Source: an uncultured virus (IMG/VR IMGVR_UViG_3300045005_000111) (Duplodnaviria > Heunggongvirae > Uroviricota > Caudoviricetes). Taken from it: a stretch of 64,000 nucleotides of DNA. Under the pieces are notes generated by a model. The model was not told the origin of the DNA and ran no database searches. It saw only the letters and a list, made by a program, of their open reading frames with translations. The DNA lies in IMG/VR virus record IMGVR_UViG_3300045005_000111; one strand, given 5' to 3'. The position numbers and the translations under genes were made by a program. Of this stretch, positions 55,301-64,000 are shown piece after piece. The first letter of the stretch is position 1, and each line of letters begins with the position of its first letter.

Positions 55301-56718
55301 TTCTGCATCACGTCCAAGAATGATCCTTCGCCATATCCGCTCGGCAGGTACACGCTCTTCTTGGCTCCGCCGAACGTGTACTCGGTGTCGCCACGGGCCA
55401 GGGCTTCGTAGATGGCTTTGGCCTCGGTCCCCTCTTTGAACCCGCCGAACTCCTCCTGCAGCCGCATGACCGTGGCGAGTTGCTGCGCGATCGGCGAGGC
55501 CGCCGCATTGGTCTCGAGCTGGACGGCCAGAGCCGCCGCCTTGTCCTTATCGGCCATGCCCCAGCGACGCATACCGCCAGCCATGTTGCCGTACGCAGTC
55601 GCGAAAGCGGCCGCGCCCTGAGCGCTAGTGGCCGCGAACCTACGGTCGAGGCCGAACTGGTCTCCCCGCTGGGCCGCCGTGGCAACGAGCTGCATCATGG
55701 CGGTCATGTCCATGCCGCCGGCCCGAGCAATATTAGAGGTGGTGCGAACCATCCGCTCGACTTGTTCAGGACTCATGCTCTGCATGCCGTTCTGCGTGAG
55801 CATTTGCAGGCCGTTCATCAACATCGACATCGGGGCGTCGGGCTGACCCATCTCGCCGAAAATGTCTTGCATGGCGGCGACGGCGCCGGCCATGTTCTTG
55901 AGCTTGTCGGCGATTCTGTCCGCCTCGAACTGGCGGAGCTTCATGTCCAGAGTCGGGTTGTCGAGCTTACGCAACTCCGCGACGGTGGTATTCTGCGCGG
56001 TGGCAATGCGCTCGAGCGAGGCGTCGCGGGACAGGCCGGAGCCCATGAGTCCACGGCGACTCATCTCGTCGTAGAGCTGTCCGGCCCGGCCGGCGCCGAG
56101 ACCCTTCATCTCCCGGACGTCGGCGTCCGGTCCGTAGAGCCGGTCGTACACCCGCCTGGTGAGCTGCGAGACGCTGTCGCCGGTCAGTCCGGTCCGGCCA
56201 GTGACGGGGTCTATCTGGTACCGGCCGCCCAGATTCATCTGCTGGGCCATGATGAGCGCAGAGCCCCTCGACCCGTGGAGCCGGTCGAACATCTCTGGAG
56301 CCATCGGGGCAATCATGGGCATGATGCGGGACATGTCGCCGGCGAGAGTGGAGGCCGCGCGGCGCTCGCGTACGCCGAACGGCGTGCCGGCCATTTGGGC
56401 CATCCCGGCGAACATGTCGATGTAGGTCTGCTGATCGACCTCGGACCCTCTGCGCATCGCCTCCTGTTGGGCAGCGAAAAGGGCCTTGTCTCGGTACTGG
56501 TTGTAGAGGTTCCCCATCGGCAGGAACTGGGCCGACATGAACTTGTCACCGAGGAACTTTCCGAGCATCGGCTGAAGAACCATGTTCAGCATCATGCCCT
56601 CGGGGCCGCCCACCCCGAGCAGTCCGGCCATGTTCATGTCCGGAGACATGGACAACGGCCGGCCCTGGAACATCGTCCCGCCGGACTGCGCGAGTGCTTG
56701 CAGAAATGGGTCTGCCAC
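52384..56718 (-). CDS. Tape measure protein
   Basis: 1444 aa, A/G/M/Q-rich helical, follows the chaperone pair. Confidence 0.75.
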   Translation of the reverse strand: MADPFLQALAQSGGTMFQGRPLSMSPDMNMAGLLGVGGPEGMMLNMVLQPMLGKFLGDKFMSAQFLPMGNLYNQYRDKALFAAQQEAMRRGSEVDQQTYIDMFAGMAQMAGTPFGVRERRAASTLAGDMSRIMPMIAPMAPEMFDRLHGSRGSALIMAQQMNLGGRYQIDPVTGRTGLTGDSVSQLTRRVYDRLYGPDADVREMKGLGAGRAGQLYDEMSRRGLMGSGLSRDASLERIATAQNTTVAELRKLDNPTLDMKLRQFEADRIADKLKNMAGAVAAMQDIFGEMGQPDAPMSMLMNGLQMLTQNGMQSMSPEQVERMVRTTSNIARAGGMDMTAMMQLVATAAQRGDQFGLDRRFAATSAQGAAAFATAYGNMAGGMRRWGMADKDKAAALAVQLETNAAASPIAQQLATVMRLQEEFGGFKEGTEAKAIYEALARGDTEYTFGGAKKSVYLPSGYGEGSFLDVMQKGGMRGDVVEKVRYQTATNQKTIADKNLTAQARALQGKADIEPRLFQVFSSTMQGSMTEEMRKDDKLVDAMNAAVSDVARSQLDLAPEDMLNDQIISKQMLESLKRQGIAVTPEIEGRVREASKLMVGNWEERVRQDPGLRGYGSGINALLMNNRKIMREKNLLQIESDQEGRLQSAFAQLGRAGPAQRLADALLKAGPATNFNDVVAGVFGFQDKDEVTRIFGTKLEDLKKEAEAFRNVDPTSIRKEFEDIQKQITAAQMKGPSGAPEVAILEAQRAALGTKYGVRWDQVAGMEDRHIGIAAREAAIERAKKYLPDIARIMDKHGFVQTRIATADVNRAAMGIRSGRGSSLDDIELLTERFMMDEKAMSTLGEGGLDRLENVRARARRMKELADGLGISADALLSGNFSAQGIDFSEAGKAKMRVGLEESLARLDGRTPVEAMKAEATRLRTEAAPDTWAALEAEARSLEQKGDPESVAKARKIRDDLQARRGKLTKATVIEQDMNLTPEAKAAKIKKIKEAQTHIDADAAAVTDIRGKIRDLTARGKADDEAAKAIGKASGLGEVGLDKLMAQVDATDEERAKADAINKDFQAKSKLREEADAELQKARGTPGADTDALTKKRDALKREEEQARGRLMQYSDETGISVDRLLMSEADRTGAKKSKLADPESQKKVRELWNRARADSKTQGDLFDQLQKIADARYGGNMLGLINDPELARAFIGNERRALEVMTTDLGMSFSKGVDRSAGFTDDYKTRMKDVQRLLSLDSKGAVDELLQLTGSKESIDAVFRDATGREVKGSNYLAEKLKDSGKLQEVLPALKRMQEIGLGRMAEKELKAAGTAVTPESLKKKIDELKTDPGKVREAIGGFIDAKDEDLTPQQREDRKRLMTRLGGDAGLVGILKKITSGTANAEDIDKALAAMPELRREVDKADAKNATTVKLSPDTRFTGTFDITTGKMDMRPIGQPGT

Positions 56719-56736
56719 GTCGGCCCCTCCGTGGGC

Positions 56737-57240
56737 TCACTTCGCGCCTTTGTTGATGCTGCCGGCGGACCAACCGTCAAAACCGCCCTGCTTCGTCCCC
56801 GACCGGTTCAGTTTGGAGGTCAGATCGTTGGCGATCTTCTCCATCTTCGATCGGAATACCGGGTCGCTCATGTCCCCGATGACCCGCTTGTATTTCTCGA
56901 TCAACGATTCGTTCTCGGACCCCAGGCCGGCGGCGTCCTTTTGCTGGTTCAACCACGGCCGCAGCGCAGCATCCAAATCCTCGAGCGTCTTGCCCGACAG
57001 CTTCCATGCCTTCTCGAAGAGCTTGGCGTCGTCGGTGCCGAGAGCCCCAGTGTACCGCATGTGACGTGCGAGAGCCACTTCAGCCCGCTTCGAGCCGGAG
57101 TACGCCTTGGTGAGCCAGCTCAGCCGCAGAGACCACCGGCGATCGAGCAGATCGGCGTCGCGGAAGTCCACGACGCCGTCGGCGGCCATCCCCACAAGAA
57201 GGGACGCTACCCGATCGCCTTCCAGAAATCCGGGTTTTCC
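56737..57240 (-). CDS. Tail assembly chaperone C-terminal (gpT-like) ORF, -1 frame relative to upstream gene
   Basis: Open -1 frame overlapping the end of 57207-58460, immediately before tape measure. Confidence 0.55.
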   Translation of the reverse strand, partial: GKPGFLEGDRVASLLVGMAADGVVDFRDADLLDRRWSLRLSWLTKAYSGSKRAEVALARHMRYTGALGTDDAKLFEKAWKLSGKTLEDLDAALRPWLNQQKDAAGLGSENESLIEKYKRVIGDMSDPVFRSKMEKIANDLTSKLNRSGTKQGGFDGWSAGSINKGAK

Positions 57241-58460
57241 GCCATCACCTGCAGCTTGTCGCAGACCGCCTGGAACTCGTTGTAGGCGTGGCCGATGATC
57301 GAGCGGAGCTGCTCGGTCGGACACACCTGTTCGATCACGGCGTCGAACACCTCGACCAGTTTGGTGTCGGGGAACTTCGGCGGGTCGCTCTCGATCTCCT
57401 CGATCGGCGGCACCTCGATCGTTCCGTTCACGTCGCTTTCGATCTTCTCGATCGACATTATCATTCTGTACGTCATCAGATTCCGCCAGTAGAACGGCGT
57501 GTCGTTCACCAGGCGGTTCTTGAGATCCGACTGCGCGTCCACCACGATCTGGCGGAACGCCATGTCCACTTCTCGGGAGGTGAGAGAGCGGAACACGAGT
57601 TTGAGCTGGCCGCCGAACAGGAGCCGTTCTTGACGAAACCGTTGGCCGCCGAGAACGGACTGGACGAAGTTCAACTTGTCCAAGTCGGTGATCGGAGTGT
57701 CGTCCTGTTTCTTCAGATCGAAGCCGCAGTGAGGACACTCGACCGGATGGAGCAGCCCGCCGGCGCCCTCTGGGGGAGAGGCGACGCGCGGGGGTAACGC
57801 CGAACCGGCCGCCGTGGGGGACGGCGTGTATGCCGGTTGCGCCGGGGGCTGCGGGGGAGCTGTCGTCCGTCCACCAGGCGAGAGATCGTCGACGAACTCG
57901 ACGACGCCCTGTTGGGGACGTGGTTGGGGGGAAGGAGCGGACGCAGCACGGGGGGACGGGTCGACCGGGTTGGCGCCCGGCCTCATGATCTTGGCGAACG
58001 CGTCGATGGCCTCTGCCGCCGATCGGACTTTGTCTGGCGGAGCCTTCGAGATATCGACCGGCAGCGGCGCTTTCAGGACGTGGTCCATCTTCACGTCCGG
58101 ATGATACGGAACCGGACCTTCGAGCGCCCTCTGGTGCGCGGCGATCTGTTGGGCGATGTCGGTCGGGACCGGTTTCTTCGGATCGACGTTGAGTTTCTTC
58201 AATCCCTCGAGCTCAAAATCCGTGTACACGGTGCCGGCAGGAATGAATTCAGGACCCTGCGGCGCGGGACCAACGACGCCGCCAAGAGATGCCGGGTCGA
58301 CACCGGACTGTCCGAGAAAGTTAATCACGCCCTCCGGCAGCTCGGCCGGAAATCCCGCCGGCAGACTGGTCGGCGGAGGAGGCGGTACGGGAGCGGCCGG
58401 AGCAGCGGGCGGAGACGGCTTCTTCGCCGACCCGACGCGACGGATGGGTTTGTCTGCCAT
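57207..58460 (-). CDS. Tail assembly chaperone-like protein with Pro-rich N-terminus and CPHC
   Basis: VFRSLTSRE, C-terminal ENPDFW; position before tape measure. Confidence 0.6.
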   Translation of the reverse strand: MADKPIRRVGSAKKPSPPAAPAAPVPPPPPTSLPAGFPAELPEGVINFLGQSGVDPASLGGVVGPAPQGPEFIPAGTVYTDFELEGLKKLNVDPKKPVPTDIAQQIAAHQRALEGPVPYHPDVKMDHVLKAPLPVDISKAPPDKVRSAAEAIDAFAKIMRPGANPVDPSPRAASAPSPQPRPQQGVVEFVDDLSPGGRTTAPPQPPAQPAYTPSPTAAGSALPPRVASPPEGAGGLLHPVECPHCGFDLKKQDDTPITDLDKLNFVQSVLGGQRFRQERLLFGGQLKLVFRSLTSREVDMAFRQIVVDAQSDLKNRLVNDTPFYWRNLMTYRMIMSIEKIESDVNGTIEVPPIEEIESDPPKFPDTKLVEVFDAVIEQVCPTEQLRSIIGHAYNEFQAVCDKLQVMAENPDFWKAIG

Positions 58461-58474
58461 GTGAGCATCCTTTC

Positions 58475-61099
58475 TCACCCGATGATCGGGTAGTTGCCGT
58501 CCAGCGCCGCCGCCTTGGCGGTCGCGGGCTTGGGTTCTTCGTGTTCTTCCCTGGCCTTCGGTTTACCCTGTGGCACATCGTACAGCATCAGATCGACCGT
58601 GCGGAAGTTCGATCCCGTCCAGCAGTCTTTGCCGGGCCACGGATAAGTCGTCTCGGACCCGGCCATGACCGGTTTCTCGGTCCACTTCTGCGTCGTCTGA
58701 CCTGCCAATCGACTGCGCTGCTGCCAGCGGCTCTCGTACAGCTTGTAGTTTTCCGTCTTGCACTGTGTTGTCGAGCGGAACGAGAACTCGATGTACTCCT
58801 GGGTCTGATCGTTTCCGACCCGGTTGATAGGGTAGTGCGGTGTGTCGAGCTTCTTGTTGTACGTCTCCCCGCAGGACTCGCACCCCTCGTTGATGATCGA
58901 CCGGATCCGTTCGAGGTTGGACTGCACCTGCCCCAGACCCGGATCCGACAGCGACGGGACCAGGTTACTATAGGCATCGGCGTCGGAAGTGAAGACGTGA
59001 CCCTGAGCCACAAACACGGAATTCTGGAACTGGGCGTAACCCTTCGCCAGCAAGTCGCGGTCGGCCATCAGGTACCCGCACACCACCGTGGCGGTCTTCG
59101 AGTACCAGTTGCAGTCCGAGTACGAACCCTCCTTACCGAACGCGTCGAACACGTTCTGGTCGACCAAGTTGAAGTTCGACTGGCCCTGTAGGACGATGTC
59201 GCCTTTGCTCTTGGCCGAATCGAGGACGATGTTGCCGACCTTTCCTTCTGCCCCCGAGCGAACGTATACGTCGTTGACCGCCAGAATGCCGATGATGCCC
59301 TCGCTCTTGAGAAGCACGCCGTTCGACTTTACGTCGGTGCCGACTTTGCCGACGAACTCCTGGTCGAAGCCCTTCGCCCGACTCTCGAGAAGCAACGCCC
59401 CTTTCCCCGAGTTGCCGGCAGTGATCTGCGTGTTGAACTCCGACTTGACGCGGACGTCCTCCGTCGTCGCCGACAATTCGACGTTCTTGTAACCCCGGAC
59501 GACGGCGTCGCGACCGGCCAGGGTGACGGCGTTGCGCCCGGCCCGGTTTAACACGTCGCCGGGAGCGGACACCTCGGCCGTGCCGTCGATGAACCGCAGC
59601 TCCTCACCGTGGCCGCCGGCCAGAACCATGTTGCCGCCGGGCAGGAGCTTGATCATCGACATCAGCTTGTAGAACTTCGCCTTGTACCGGTGGTCGACCT
59701 TGAATTCGACGGGCTCCGAGTCGTCGAAGAACTGCTGGTCGGCGAGTACGCCGAACGGCACCTGCTCCTCGGTACCTTGAACCTCGTCCGGCTCGCGAAG
59801 CTCGAAGTCTTTTTCGTGGTAGTGGAACGGGTGGTCGCCCCGCCACTGCATCGAGTACGAAGTGTCGTCGTCGGACGCCAGGGCGCGGATAACCCCCTCG
59901 TTCTCCCCGTTCACGTCCAGCGGGGCTTTCATCTTGTGCGAGCTGTTGTCGTACCCCGACTCGACGGAATCGCCGGTCTTGTCCTCCGGCCGCTTGACGC
60001 GGGTCGGCGGCGCCCACGGCGGAGTCATGGCGATCGTGATGCCCTGAGCCGACCGTAGGAAGTAGTACCCGTCCATCGCCAGGGCTTCTTCCCACGCCGC
60101 TTTCGTGTCGGCCGGATCCTTCAGCCGGTTGAGTTCGCCCTCCTCTGGAGGCAGAACCATGACGCGGCGGAATCCCTGACCCAAATAACCCTGGTACTCA
60201 CGGAACCGATAGAACGCGGCCTGGTCGTCGTGCTTGGTGTCGAGATTGGCCCGGTACGGCTCGTCCTGCTGCGTCTGCTCGGCGGTGTACGACTTGGTCG
60301 GATCGGTGCCCTTCTCGAACGCCCCGAGCGCTTCGTGCGGGTACGGAGTTGTGCCCACCTCCCGACTGAATTCGCCCTCGTCGTTGAGCTGCTCGTCTTC
60401 GCGGCCGCCGGATCGAATCTGCACGTTTTCGCCGGCCATGCGAGCGAGCTGGTCGTGATAGAACGCCCAGAACCCGGTGTTCTCGTCCGCCCGCAGAAAC
60501 GCCATGAACGAGTCGACGAACACCGCGACGCCGGTCTCGGCTATGTATCCCCACTCGCCGAGAGCCGTCTCGTCGAGCGGACGGCCGTTGGAGAAGTCGA
60601 CGATACCGTGCTTCTGGATCTGCAGCAGGGCCGTGATGACCTGCTGACTGGCAGGGGCGTGCCCGCTGGCCTGGGAGATGTAGTCCGAGATCACCTGCCG
60701 CTTATCGGAGACGTACGGCGGCTCGACGCCGATGATGCATCCGTATCCGGACCGTGGGTGCTTCACATAGAAGACGCGGCTGTTGGGCTGGAGTGCCCCG
60801 ATACGACACACGCCCACAGGAGTCAGGGCAGCGTCGGACAGGAGACAGCAGGAGATGATGATATTGCCCTGGTCCGGGGTCACCCGGTACCAGCCGAAGA
60901 ACGGCATGACCTCGGTCACCCGCCCCGAGCGTACCTGGAGCTGATTACCGAGGTCGAGATGAGCCTGGCCCGACGACCCGACGGCGTCGGACTTCGGCTG
61001 CGACTTGTCGATCTGGGCCTCGAGGCGCTGAACCTGCGCCTCGAGCCCGACCACCATGTTCTGCAGCGAACTGATGATCTCCGCGATGTTGACCGGCAT
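58475..61099 (-). CDS. VgrG/gp5-like baseplate spike protein
   Basis: N-terminal OB-fold-like segment (LQPNSRVFYV...CIIG); beta-helix-like repeats SAPGDVLNRAGRNAVTLAGRDAVVRG. Confidence 0.6.
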   Translation of the reverse strand: MPVNIAEIISSLQNMVVGLEAQVQRLEAQIDKSQPKSDAVGSSGQAHLDLGNQLQVRSGRVTEVMPFFGWYRVTPDQGNIIISCCLLSDAALTPVGVCRIGALQPNSRVFYVKHPRSGYGCIIGVEPPYVSDKRQVISDYISQASGHAPASQQVITALLQIQKHGIVDFSNGRPLDETALGEWGYIAETGVAVFVDSFMAFLRADENTGFWAFYHDQLARMAGENVQIRSGGREDEQLNDEGEFSREVGTTPYPHEALGAFEKGTDPTKSYTAEQTQQDEPYRANLDTKHDDQAAFYRFREYQGYLGQGFRRVMVLPPEEGELNRLKDPADTKAAWEEALAMDGYYFLRSAQGITIAMTPPWAPPTRVKRPEDKTGDSVESGYDNSSHKMKAPLDVNGENEGVIRALASDDDTSYSMQWRGDHPFHYHEKDFELREPDEVQGTEEQVPFGVLADQQFFDDSEPVEFKVDHRYKAKFYKLMSMIKLLPGGNMVLAGGHGEELRFIDGTAEVSAPGDVLNRAGRNAVTLAGRDAVVRGYKNVELSATTEDVRVKSEFNTQITAGNSGKGALLLESRAKGFDQEFVGKVGTDVKSNGVLLKSEGIIGILAVNDVYVRSGAEGKVGNIVLDSAKSKGDIVLQGQSNFNLVDQNVFDAFGKEGSYSDCNWYSKTATVVCGYLMADRDLLAKGYAQFQNSVFVAQGHVFTSDADAYSNLVPSLSDPGLGQVQSNLERIRSIINEGCESCGETYNKKLDTPHYPINRVGNDQTQEYIEFSFRSTTQCKTENYKLYESRWQQRSRLAGQTTQKWTEKPVMAGSETTYPWPGKDCWTGSNFRTVDLMLYDVPQGKPKAREEHEEPKPATAKAAALDGNYPIIG

Positions 61100-61146
61100 T
61101 GAGTCTCCCGATCTACCGAATCGCCACGCCGGTCGTCACCGTGCGA

Positions 61147-61611
61147 TTACGGGATCCGGTTGAGTTGCCCGAACATTCCCTGGACCTGCTCGTTGATGAG
61201 CATGTCCTGGGCCTGCATCGAGTACGCGACGGACATCAACACGACCGCCTTCGCGATCAGGATGATGAAGCCGCCCACCCCGGCGCCGGAACAGGCCGAA
61301 TTCCCGAGTAGCAGGAAGACGTCCTTGTCGCCCTTGGAACACGGATTCCCCAGAAGGGCGAGGAACGCCGACCCGACGATCGACGGGCCGATGATCTTGC
61401 CGAGCTGGATCTGGCCGGTGGTACGACCAACGACGTAGTAGCGGTTGTTCGAGCCGATCTCGAACAGAGTGTTCACGGTCTGACTGTAGTTGATGCTGAG
61501 CTGCTGGATCAAGTGGGTAGCCATCGCTTGACCACCGATGATCAGCACGCTCGCATCGGCAGCGAAGGCCCCGGCGAAGGGGCTGTCGTTGCGACCGAAA
61601 ATGTCAGCCAT
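61147..61611 (-). CDS. Tail tube protein
   Basis: 154 aa immediately after sheath; IQQLSINYSQTVNTLFEIGS..RYYVVGRTTG. Confidence 0.8.
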   Translation of the reverse strand: MADIFGRNDSPFAGAFAADASVLIIGGQAMATHLIQQLSINYSQTVNTLFEIGSNNRYYVVGRTTGQIQLGKIIGPSIVGSAFLALLGNPCSKGDKDVFLLLGNSACSGAGVGGFIILIAKAVVLMSVAYSMQAQDMLINEQVQGMFGQLNRIP

Positions 61612-61636
61612 TGCTCAGGACCTCCGTGTCCGTTAA

Positions 61637-61657
61637 GGAGGGGCGTCGTGCCCCTCC
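61637..61657. terminator. Hairpin between sheath and tube genes
   Basis: GGAGGGGC-GTCGT-GCCCCTCC. Confidence 0.45.
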
Positions 61658-61691
61658 CGTTAATTGTGGATGCGCCTCGACTTTCTCCGGG

Positions 61692-64000
61692 TCAGACCAC
61701 GAGCCGCAACTCGATGTTGTTGATCGGGTACGGCACAGTCAGGTCGATCGTAATGACCACGCGGTCCTTGAGCAGGGCGTGTTGTCGCAGCTCCCTGATG
61801 TTGTAGCCGACCAGTTGCGGGCCGATACGGGGGGTCCGGTCGACCGACATCTCGTCGAGGGCCGAGGTGATGGTGTTACGCATCATCAGCAGCACGCCGT
61901 CGACCACGTTGCTCTTGCCGATGTACGGCTCGAGAGCGGCGAGCAGAGTGTAGCTGATCGAGTCCACGTTGACCCGGATCATTTCCTCGCGACGGTTCAG
62001 GTCGGTGTTGTCGGTCGTCAACGCGTGACGCGTGATGATCGACCCGTCCTTCGCCTTCACCACGATCCACCCGCCGGCGGCCGCGATGGTGTTCAGGTGG
62101 ACGCTGTTAAGGCTCTTCACCAGCTCCCCGACGTCGTCGATCCCCGCGATCTCGACGTTCGTCAGACCCTGGTGCGGGTTGACGGCCGACCGAAGGCCGG
62201 CGGCAGAACAGGCCAGGAAGTAACCCGGGAAGCTGACACCGGCGTTGCCGACCGTCTCGTTGACGATCGCGCAAACCCGACGGCTGGACAACCGACCGAC
62301 TTCATCGACCACCGCCGTCGCCAGCCCGGCGCCCTTCAAGCTCCGCCAGACCTCCACTTTCTGCGCGACCGAGATGGGAACGTCGTGCCCGTCGGTCAGG
62401 CGGAGGGTGTTCTCCGACAGAACTTCGTCGACCGTGAACTCGGTCCAGGTGTCGTTGTCGAACCCGTCCGTCGAGTACAGGAACCGGACCTTGTCCCCCG
62501 GCTCCACGTCGTTGGTCAAAAACTTCGCGTTGCCGGCCGGGACCGACAGCCGGGTGTACTGCGTTCCGCTGGTCAGCGGATCGTCGGACAGCGTCGCCAG
62601 CGCGACCTCGCCGTCCGAAGTGGTGGCTTCCGAGACGATGGCCTTCTCGTCCGGCACGCTGATCCCGCAGAACATGCCCCGCCACCGCCCGTTCTCCGGG
62701 CTCGACTGCCCTTCGACGTGGGCCTTCCACGCGTCGATGACGGTCTTGTTGGTGGTCAGCGGGACCAAGTTGTACAGGTCGTCGCGGCCGACCAGGATCT
62801 CGAGCGCGTCGAACCAGGTGTCGGTGTCGTTCGGATCCTCGACCGCCGTGAAGCGGACCGGCTGGCCGTTGCTGTTCTGCAGCGCCATGAAGACGCCCCA
62901 GAACAGCGGGTTGTCCGGACTCGCCTGGCCGAGCAGGTCGGGCAGATTCGCCACATCGTCGGCCGACTCGAACTCGGCGATGTAGGTCGGCAGCCACGCG
63001 CGGTAATGGAGGAACAGCTCGCCGCCCTTGAGCGGCAGCGGAAGCTGCTCGCCGTCGTCGGTCCACGTCGAGTCGTAGAGGGTGATCCCGCTCTCGACAG
63101 TGAACTCGGTGTCCGCCTGCGAGTAGTTCGTCAGCGGCGGGCTCGTCACGCGGTTCTTCTCGATGACGATGTCCTTCTTGATGAACAGCTTCAGGTCGAG
63201 GTCGGTCGCGTCCTGAATCTCTTCCGGCAGGTCGTCGGCCAGGATCAGGGTCTGCATCGACCCTTCCTTCTCCGCCTCGACCTCGATGTAGTACTTGTCG
63301 CCCTTGCACAGGCCGGAGGCGCCGGCAAAGGAGACGGTCACGTCCTTCGTTCCGGCCGCGAACGCGGTGGACGCGGCGGTGACCTTCGTCGGGCCGCTCT
63401 TGTCCACGCCGGTCGTGGTGGTGACGGTGATCTCCGGCTTGTTGGCGAAAGCGCCGCCCTTCGTGACCTCGATGATGTAGGTGGTGTTCTTGGTGCCGCT
63501 GTAGGTGCCGCCGCTGGTCGCGACGGGCGCGGTGAACGCCTGCTTGACGCGCACCTTCCACTTCTGGCCGACAACCAGGTCGTCCGGGCTGATGTCTTCG
63601 AGCTCGGCCGCCGAAGACGCCGAGTTCGTCTCGACGCGGTCGAACTCGATCTTCAGGCCCCGTTTGCCGATGAGCGTGAACCCGCCTACCGGCGAAGGCT
63701 CGACGTCCGAATCCTGGTCGTGGCCGCTGGCCGTGGTGACGCGCAGGCGGGCCGTGGTCAGGTCGCCGCTGATCGAGCTGCGGGTGACCTCGATTGTGTA
63801 GCTCTCGTCGAGATCGCCCAGCTCGCGACCGTCGTAGCTGGACCCGTCGGCCGTCAGGGTGATGGTGTTCTTGAGCCCGCTGAGCTCGTCGACCGTCACT
63901 TCGTAGCTCTGGTCGTCTTGGTTGGTGTCGGCGTCGGTCGCCGACCCGGTGACCGGGGCCACCAGATCGCCGGCGAACCCGTTGACGGTGGTCCACAGCT
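61692..64000 (-). CDS. Contractile tail sheath protein (5' end outside window)
   Basis: C-terminal sheath signature: PHQGLTN..I.G, IITRHALTTD...REEMIRVNVD.I, VPYPINNIELRL. Confidence 0.85.
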   Translation of the reverse strand, partial: LWTTVNGFAGDLVAPVTGSATDADTNQDDQSYEVTVDELSGLKNTITLTADGSSYDGRELGDLDESYTIEVTRSSISGDLTTARLRVTTASGHDQDSDVEPSPVGGFTLIGKRGLKIEFDRVETNSASSAAELEDISPDDLVVGQKWKVRVKQAFTAPVATSGGTYSGTKNTTYIIEVTKGGAFANKPEITVTTTTGVDKSGPTKVTAASTAFAAGTKDVTVSFAGASGLCKGDKYYIEVEAEKEGSMQTLILADDLPEEIQDATDLDLKLFIKKDIVIEKNRVTSPPLTNYSQADTEFTVESGITLYDSTWTDDGEQLPLPLKGGELFLHYRAWLPTYIAEFESADDVANLPDLLGQASPDNPLFWGVFMALQNSNGQPVRFTAVEDPNDTDTWFDALEILVGRDDLYNLVPLTTNKTVIDAWKAHVEGQSSPENGRWRGMFCGISVPDEKAIVSEATTSDGEVALATLSDDPLTSGTQYTRLSVPAGNAKFLTNDVEPGDKVRFLYSTDGFDNDTWTEFTVDEVLSENTLRLTDGHDVPISVAQKVEVWRSLKGAGLATAVVDEVGRLSSRRVCAIVNETVGNAGVSFPGYFLACSAAGLRSAVNPHQGLTNVEIAGIDDVGELVKSLNSVHLNTIAAAGGWIVVKAKDGSIITRHALTTDNTDLNRREEMIRVNVDSISYTLLAALEPYIGKSNVVDGVLLMMRNTITSALDEMSVDRTPRIGPQLVGYNIRELRQHALLKDRVVITIDLTVPYPINNIELRLVV

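Noticed and set aside
46105..64000. Bacterial eCIS/tailocin/T6SS locus instead of phage
   Set aside because: Contiguous and co-oriented with dozens of small phage-type early genes, homing endonucleases and a primase-like gene, with no host housekeeping context. The lack of recognisable capsid or terminase genes may simply reflect the window limits.

Overview
A 64-kb, GC-rich slice of a large contractile-tailed (myovirus-type) phage genome. Essentially all real genes are on the minus strand; the one clear exception is 3268-4431. Read in transcription order (right to left), the window first holds tail morphogenesis genes: sheath (partial), tube, VgrG/gp5-like spike, chaperone pair, 1444-aa tape measure, hub, gp25-like and baseplate J-like genes, with an embedded sigma70-family factor. 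A cassette of secreted proteins follows, including two CxxCH c-type-cytochrome-like proteins and an S8 protease. Next come five paralogous virion proteins, a collagen-like fibre, a methyltransferase/glycosyltransferase locus and three envelope 'moron' genes sharing a 19-bp upstream motif. An early/accessory region carries a Ycf46-like AAA ATPase-DUF1257-DUF2997 module, a ParB-like gene, a gp88-like gene, a GHKL ATPase-HExxH protein, Nudix, WGR and RimI-like genes, a primase-like gene and an 81%-acidic microprotein. Several genes (TIGR02996-like domain, RimI type, cytochrome family, RASHVEP protein) point to a Planctomycetota host. The most striking unexplained signal is a shared C-terminal R-G-[LI]-D-L peptide on otherwise unrelated early proteins around the AAA module. 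All family names come from motif recognition by eye, not database searches. At least two clear single-base frameshifts suggest the assembly may contain indel errors.
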